Assembly: GCF_006345805.1 (NCBI RefSeq) | Contig: NW_021833196.1 | Span: 1-30,045, forward strand | DNA: 30,045 nt | Origin: Octopus sinensis | Lineage: Eukaryota | Direction of reading: 5' to 3' | Part shown: positions 21,817 through 30,045 of the stretch, one piece after another | Layout of the letters: each line of letters starts with the position of its first letter | Numbering within the stretch: position 1 is the first letter of the stretch | Translations under genes and position numbers: made by a program | Notes under the pieces: model-generated | Seen by the model: the letters and a program-made list of their open reading frames with translations, nothing else | The model's database searches: none | Told to the model about the DNA's origin: nothing

Positions 21817-22247
21817 TGTATTTATATATGTAACACTGATGTTTATGTGTGTGTGCGTGCGTGCACATTAGTTTTATACATGTGGACGCTAACCGGCTCA
21901 GCAGTTTTATGAACCCCTTATTAATGTAGCAACGTCAAAAGTAAACATTAGAAATCATAATTCTTCTTTACTTGACTTGATCTGCTAATCATGTGTTTAC
22001 TCTAGTTCTGTTGCCCTACAACTTACTATAGTGAGGGGCAAATGTAGGACATCTTAATATGTTTATCATGTCTCTAACACACACATGTATCAGGTTATAG
22101 AAGGTCCTTATGGAAGATTTATTTCACTGACAAACATCAAATGTATTTGATCAGTTTGATCTAGTACCCAGTAGAAAACTGTAATGACATTGATATCAAC
22201 CCTGATTTTCATGTAAATTTTCATTTTCCATTTTTACCTCCACAAAG

Positions 22248-22460
22248 GATTCGGTGAATTTAGAAATTGTGAACAAAGAATATAGGACACCATTGCTTGA
22301 AGCTGTTTCGAACGGTCACCTCGGAATAATGCAGCGGCTGATAGCCAGGGGCGCGAATGTAAATTTTGTCGAACATGGAGGAAATAATTGCCTGCATCTG
22401 GCGTTAAAAAGAGAAAACAACTTTCATTCTGAGGTGGAGCACATGACCATGTTAGATCAG
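22248..22460 (+). CDS. Exon C of the ankyrin/RING gene
   Basis: tttttacctccacaaag acceptor, gtaagt donor at 22461. 213 nt, phase 0/0: DSVNLEIVNKEYRTPLLEAVSNGHLGIMQRLIARGANVNFVEHGGNNCLHLALKRENNFHSEVEHMTMLDQ (ankyrin repeats). Confidence 0.9.
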
Positions 22461-23020
22461 GTAAGTTTTCACATTGTTTGTGACTATGTGTGTGTGGTGT
22501 GTGTGTGTGTGTGTGTGTGCATTTGTGCGTCTGTGTGTGTGTGTGTGTGTGTATGTGTGTGCATTTGTGCGTCTGTGTGTGTGTAAAATAGACAAACTGA
22601 CAGAGAAAGACAGACAGAAACAGACATTGTTTATATCGCAATTCTCACCTACCAACCCCATCCTCCATTACCATTTCCTGATCCAGTCACAATGGTAACC
22701 CTTAGTTATATTATTATGTAACAAACACTATTCTCATTCCGTCCCCTTCCGTCCTCAAAGGCACGACCTCTCCATGGTAGAGAAGGTGATCCATCTCGAA
22801 TGTTGGCCATACAAACACGGTCATCAAAATTTGAAGGAGAAATGATCTATTCAAGACAGGAGATATTATTCTGAATTAACAATGATACTGGGTAGAAGAG
22901 AGGTTCATATGATAGACAGTAACATTTATAGTGCTGGGGCCATGATAATAAATACATCTTGTCCATTCCATGAAGAATTCTGCCTGAAACTGCTCTCTGT
23001 CACATTTCTTTTATATAATA

Positions 23021-23390
23021 CTAGCAGCATAGCCCGGCATTTCCCGGGTATGTAAGAGCCCCTAGTAGGCAACGACTAATCCCAATCTAGTCCTTTCCCT
23101 CTAGGGAACGAAGGTGCGTGTGTAGGTTGCAATATCTTCTCTTCACTCGAATACTTCTGTGTATACGATGTTCCTAGCTGTCCCTTTGGGCGATAAAAAG
23201 GTCGAGTTGCGTCCTCTAGACAGAAGATGTGTTGCATATAAAAAGTTTAGATTCTCGACTCCATGTCGAATTTATCGATTTTTTTCAGAACTGGGGGAAC
23301 TTTTCAAAATTTTCGCTGCGTTAGTTTTGAATTATGACATTGGGCTATTCCCATATGAATAAAGCTCACTACAGATGACTGACTACTATT
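23021..23390 (-). mobile_element. Non-autonomous Helitron-like element; 3' end at 23021, 5' end uncertain
   Basis: Minus strand ends with hairpin CCCGG-N6-CCGGG (23033-23048), then 8 nt, then CTAG followed by T: the canonical Helitron 3' terminus. Confidence 0.55.
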
Positions 23391-23603
23391 CAGGCAGTTG
23401 ATGGTCATCTGTGTATTGTTGTAATGTCTACTTTGGTGAGAGGAACCTACTCTGACAGCCAGCGACCTCCCCACCTACTGGAATAGTCCATCAGACTAAC
23501 ACTGAACAAATTATCAACTATGCGTTGGTGTTCTGCCTCAACTGTGACACCGATTCTTACTTCCCTTACTTCACTTTCTTCATCAAAAGATGTTTCCTTA
23601 TTA

Positions 23604-24170
23604 ATTCATCATCATCATCATCATGATAATGTATCGACTGTTTTCAAAGCTGGCATGGGTTCGACGCTTTGACAGAAGCTGGTCAGCTGAAAAGCTACCT
23701 GGGCTCCATATCTCTTTTCGCATTGTTCGATAGTTGGACGTCCTTCCTAATGCCACCCAATTTACATAATGTACTGCGTGCTTTTCTGCAGCACCGACAC
23801 GGATATTTGTATGTGACACCAGCATGGGTGATTTTTCCGAAGCATCAGCACCCATGATCCCACAAGATTAGGATATCTCAGACGAAGAATGATACAGGGG
23901 TCATGACAGTATGCAAGGACAACGACGACTTAGCTTGGCATATCATCTCAAGTACAGCAGACTGCCAAAAGTATCGCTCCCATTTCATCCCCTCTGTGAG
24001 GCCCAACGTCTGACGGTCCTTTCTCACCACATTATTGCACGTCTTTCTGGGTCTACCCCCTCCACACATTCCCTCCACAATGAGAGATCACCACTTCTTG
24101 ATGAAGCTATCTTCATCCATATGCATCACATAACCATACCATGGTAGACTTCTCTCTTGCGCACAAAATC
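23604..24170 (-). mobile_element. Second RTE 3'-end fragment
   Basis: Minus strand GGGRPRKTCNNVVRKDRQTLGLTE. The 3' UTR shares motifs with 19320-19480 (ggcatg..tttgacag, gtccttcctaatgcca) and has the same (CAT)n tail. Confidence 0.8.
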
Positions 24171-24969
24171 CGATGCCTTATATACCCTGTTTTTCTCTCC
24201 AATCCACTTAATTAAAGAAACATTATTGATCTGCGTGGATATGTCTATGTGGTGTTGATTTAGTTGTTATGTCTGAAGGCCTTGCTATGTTGTTGCTGTT
24301 CTCTTTTCTGGTATAACTTATATTATTTGTGGTGTTATTCATATCTATAAGACAGTCCTTTGACGAAAATTTTATGCACATTTTGCTTTGGAGGTTAATG
24401 GCAGCCAAACCGAGGCAAGGATACTAAATGCGTGGTGGTGAGAATGAGACCCGCGATGGTTAAAATTCGCAAGCTATAAGATGTGGTTGCTATGGCAAAA
24501 AGAGTGATTTTTTGATCCCTCTATAACGATGTCTCTCTGTCACTCTTTCTTGCACCACCTCTCTCACTGTACATCTGTCTGTATCTATAGACAGAAAGCG
24601 ATGACAACCGCAAAAGTTTAAATATTCTCGCCACAGGTCTTTTAGAACGGTGAATTAATATCGCCCACCTCCATCGCACAGTCATAACAGATATTATTAA
24701 ACAGATATATTGTGTTAATTTATATATATACTGTGTGCATATGTGGTTGGATTGTGCTAAAAATATACACACCTATGTTAAAAGTGCTAGCGAGTTTGTA
24801 TTGGAACTTCGAATTTGCTCAATTGAAAGGCATGGACTCTAGGGCAAAATTCCTCATCTTTCAAAATGTGGCCCGCTTAGACCCGAATGAAATCGGGTTA
24901 TAATACCAAAACGAGTAAAACAATAATAAACTATTTTAATTCCGAACAAGGCCTGGTATGTATTTCTAA

Positions 24970-25468
24970 TCTATCAAATGAAGAAGGCGAACGATGATAC
25001 AAATTGGATTTTTATGTAAAAATATGTGTAATTGGGCCTGGAATGGGATTACAATTTAAAAGAGGGGGTAACTTGCGGTGAGAAATTGTTTGAGAGACTT
25101 TTGGGGCGCTACTGTGGTCGTTTTGGTGTGAAAATAGGGATTTTATTGATTTTGGGGGACAATTGGGGATTTAGATTGGACACCTTTTGCCCGATTTCAA
25201 TCAAATTTTCAACATGGTAAAGTAGAAGATTTGTAATTTAAGCACGGAAATCTAATTTTTATAAATGGGAGATAGATAGATAGAGAAAGATAAAAAGCAA
25301 GAGAAAGTGAGGGAGAGTCCGAGATAAAGGAAGAGTAAGAGAGTGGGGATGCGAGAGAGAAAGGAGAGAGGAACAAAGAGGGTGAATATGGCGATAAGAA
25401 ACAAAGGAAGCAACAGAAAGTAACAATCACACCCTCACCCACGCGTAGAGCGGGTCACCTTAAGCTAG
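24970..25468 (+). mobile_element. Non-autonomous Helitron-like element
   Basis: Candidate A|TC start at 24970. Imperfect GC hairpin acccacgcgtagagcgggt (25437-25455), then CTAG|T at 25465-25469. Confidence 0.5.
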
Positions 25469-25970
25469 TACTTATATGTACAATACTCTTCCGTAAGTAT
25501 TTCTCTTGCTATGGCCATTTGGCTTTATCAAGCCAATGTAGAGATAGGTTCTTGTTGGTTTGTTGTCTTTCATTATTGTGACATTTCTGTCCTTATATTT
25601 TGTATATTTGACTTGATGTTATAATAACTTTATATTGTGTTTTTATTGAATAGTTTGTGACATTTGTGATTGGCAAGTAAAATACTCATTAAATATCATT
25701 GTTAAGCAATAACGTTGACCACTAATGTGCGTTTTGTTCAATATAATGATCATAATTTTTGTCTTAATGTAGAACGTAAAGTAAAACAAATGATAATGAA
25801 AAGTGGACTCAACTAAGAGATGATGTAAGAAATCAACGCTGTGTGAATACTTTAATCACTGGGAAAACAAACTATGTGAAAATGTAGTTGAACTGTTGTG
25901 TAATTTGGGGCATCTTTAGTATATGTTTGTGTAATCTTTAACTCATCATTTTATATTTCATCATTTGTAG

Positions 25971-26149
25971 TTCTGCGTAGAGCTGAAACTGGGAAACGAA
26001 GAAAGGTGCTCTGGTGTGGTAGTTGCCAGCTACCTAGCCCACCACGGGGCCAACTTTTACTGTAAAAACAAAAGTGGCAGAACACCATTTGACCTAATAA
26101 AAAAGGAAAAATTAAAAAAGACGTTAAAGACGTTATTCCGACCAACGCA
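25971..26149 (+). CDS. Exon D of the ankyrin/RING gene (not in the ORF track)
   Basis: tcatttgtag acceptor, gtaagt donor at 26150. 179 nt, phase 0/2: FCVELKLGNEERCSGVVVASYLAHHGANFYCKNKSGRTPFDLIKKEKLKKTLKTLFRPT(Q). Resembles the last ankyrin repeat before the RINGs in Mind bomb proteins. Confidence 0.85.
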
Positions 26150-26713
26150 GTAAGTATTCACTGGCAATGACAAGATAAACCATTACATTTTCTATTTTGT
26201 ATATAACCATGTTTATATGTTTCTATTGTTTTAATTCGACTGATACATTATACTGCTTTAGAGGCTTAATGAAAGGTTAGACAACAACAGTAAGAAGAAC
26301 AATAAACAATATGCAGATGTTAAGATAATTAAAAGAAAGGACACTATTTTGATTACATTCAAATGATTGGTTGCGTTGACTGTTATACCTCTCCTAAAAT
26401 CCCCACCCACCCCTCTCAATTCCCTATTTTAAAGATTTGGGACCAATGAGAAAATGTAGAAGTAAATAGTGAAGTGATGGAATTCATCTCTCTACCAACA
26501 GATTGTTCCTCTGTCTTCTCTGTCCCAGCCAGTCATGTCCATGTGAGCTATCCTGAGAAAATCGCCTACAAACACATACAATGAGTGTACATACATGGAT
26601 ACATACATACATACATACGTATTTATACATACATGCATACGTATTTATACATGCATACATAGATACATACATACATATATATATATATAATATATATATA
26701 TATATACATATAT

Positions 26714-28384
<1,671 letters not shown>

Positions 28385-28399
28385 GTGTGTGTGTGTGTA

Positions 28400-28438
<39 letters not shown>

Positions 28439-28462
28439 CACACACACACAACACATTATACA

Positions 28463-28493
<31 letters not shown>

Positions 28494-28554
28494 GGGAGAG
28501 TTTACGAAAAAAACAAAAGACGATGACAGGTGGTATTGAAGGAATAGAAAAAGT

Positions 28555-28590
28555 CTTTTACGTTTCGAGCCTTCGCTCTTCTACAGAAAG
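28555..28590 (-). ncRNA. Minimal type I hammerhead-ribozyme-like motif with non-canonical core
   Basis: Minus strand CUUU CUGUAGA A GAGC-GAAG-GCUC GAAAC GUA AAAG: stem I CUUU/AAAG, stem II GAGC/GCUC, GAAAC-GUA with palindromic ACGU. The core deviates from CUGANGA (A6U plus an extra A). Confidence 0.45.
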
Positions 28591-28674
28591 GGACACGGAA
28601 AAAAAAACAAGGATAGAAACAAGGAGAGAAAAAAATGTGTGTAGCGGCTAACAATCTATCATGGCGACTGACTC

Positions 28675-28721
<47 letters not shown>

Positions 28722-29034
28722 AGTGAATTATATTTCTGGAATATATGTTGTTCACTTTGTAAATCAGTTTTTGTGATGTATCAATGTCATGACATATACT
28801 TATTAATATTTGTGTCCATTTATATATATATATATATGTGTGTGTATGTGTGTCTGTGTGTCTGTGTCTGTGTCTGTGTGTCTGTGTCTGCATTTATATA
28901 CTCACAAATTCGCCCATATGTAATTGTTTAATTGTGGTGTCGCATAATATTCTCTACTGTAAATATGCACACAATGTAATATTTGTTATAAATGAATGTT
29001 ATTAATGGGATGTGTTCATGTTTTTGTTCCTCAG

Positions 29035-29177
29035 ATGTGTGTTTTGTGAAGACGAAGTGGCCACAGAGACGTTCTTTCCATGTAAACATCTTTCGCTGTG
29101 TAAGAAATGCTGTCCCCAAAAGATACCTAAACGATGCCCTATGTGTAGACAGAATATAACGAGCAAAAATAGTTTGG
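29035..29177 (+). CDS. Exon E: C3HC4 RING finger (IAP/MIB type); the gene probably continues beyond it
   Basis: ttttgttcctcag acceptor, gtaaga donor at 29178. Phase 2 matches exon D (CA|A = Q). CVFCEDEVATETFFPCKHLSLCKKCCPQKIPKRCPMCRQ = C-x2-C-x11-C-x-H-x3-C-x2-C-x8-C-x2-C. Confidence 0.9.
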
Positions 29178-29991
29178 GTAAGAATACTGTATGATCTGTC
29201 TGTTTGTCTCATGGGCTTTATGGTGTGGAATATTGTATTTCATATTGTTGTGTAGATCCAGTTCTGCCTTAATCAAGCACACTTTTGATAAAAGATGTTC
29301 CAGGTGTCTTTTCTCTGTCATATTATGTCTCTCACTACTCCCACTAAACATTGTTCTTGTCCAATTAGAAGACTTGTCACACTTCAAGATGGTTACTTTC
29401 TGCAACATAAAAATAATAAAGAATACTGAATTATAAATGGTGACTAAATACCAATAAATCACCAAGGTTCTATCAGTAAATACCGACATCTTGTGTGTGA
29501 TTAGAGTGATTAATGATTTATCAATATCTTCGGAAGCTGATAATTAAAAACAACTGCATTTATATGAATATCAGAGTGAGCCTTTATAAAATAGGAGACT
29601 CAATAAGAAAATCTCAACTGAGGGTTTAGGGACCAACATTAGAGAGGGGACATCAAAAGGGTGGGAAACTTTGATTGATGTATAGATTAGTATTCCTGAG
29701 GATCAGTTCTTCTGAACCGTTTCAAATATTTTCACAGCAATAATGTGTGGACGACAAGTTTTATGTCGTTAATGAGGTTTTGTGTGAATGTAGTGTGTTA
29801 ATTTAGGACACGAGATATCACTTCCTGTTAGACCTGATGTCACTTTCTGTTCGACCTGTTTTATTCAGGAGGATGAATGACATTCAAATATCTTCAGATA
29901 TTTCCCCACATCTGATTACATTCTGGAGAACTGTGATGTGGGTAATTAAGATTAAAGATTACTAGTAGTAACCAATAACAAAGAGAACAGG

Positions 29992-30041
<50 letters not shown>

Positions 30042-30045
30042 TATA

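Noticed and set aside
29861-29880. ttattcag|GAGGATGA as a terminal exon (would add GG-stop after exon E)
   Set aside because: Phase-compatible but short and unsupported. Mind bomb proteins usually have further RING sequence, so the next exon may lie outside the window.

Overview
AT-rich, microsatellite-dense eukaryotic intronic DNA. The SINE and RTE tails resemble repeats I recall from Octopus, so a coleoid cephalopod origin is inferred, not proven. Five + strand coding exons (5597-5750, 6723-6759, 22248-22460, 25971-26149, 29035-29177) splice with consistent intron phases into an ankyrin-repeat + RING protein resembling the C-terminal half of Mind bomb (MIB1/2) E3 ligases. The first exon carries a 1-nt frameshift as assembled. 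The 15.5-kb intron (6760-22247) holds two diverged Tx1/L1-clade LINEs in tandem, each bounded on both sides by same-strand (TATC)n arrays. This looks like a (TATC/GATA)n microsatellite-targeting retrotransposon family and is the main finding. Also present: two RTE fragments, a decayed IR-DR Tc1 (DD34E), SINEs, two Helitron-type 3' ends, a MITE with GG ends and an 8-bp TSD, two ~450-bp foldback palindromes, a ~1.09-kb tandem duplication, and a minimal hammerhead-ribozyme-like fold with a non-canonical core. Most ORFs in the supplied track are microsatellite or antisense artefacts.
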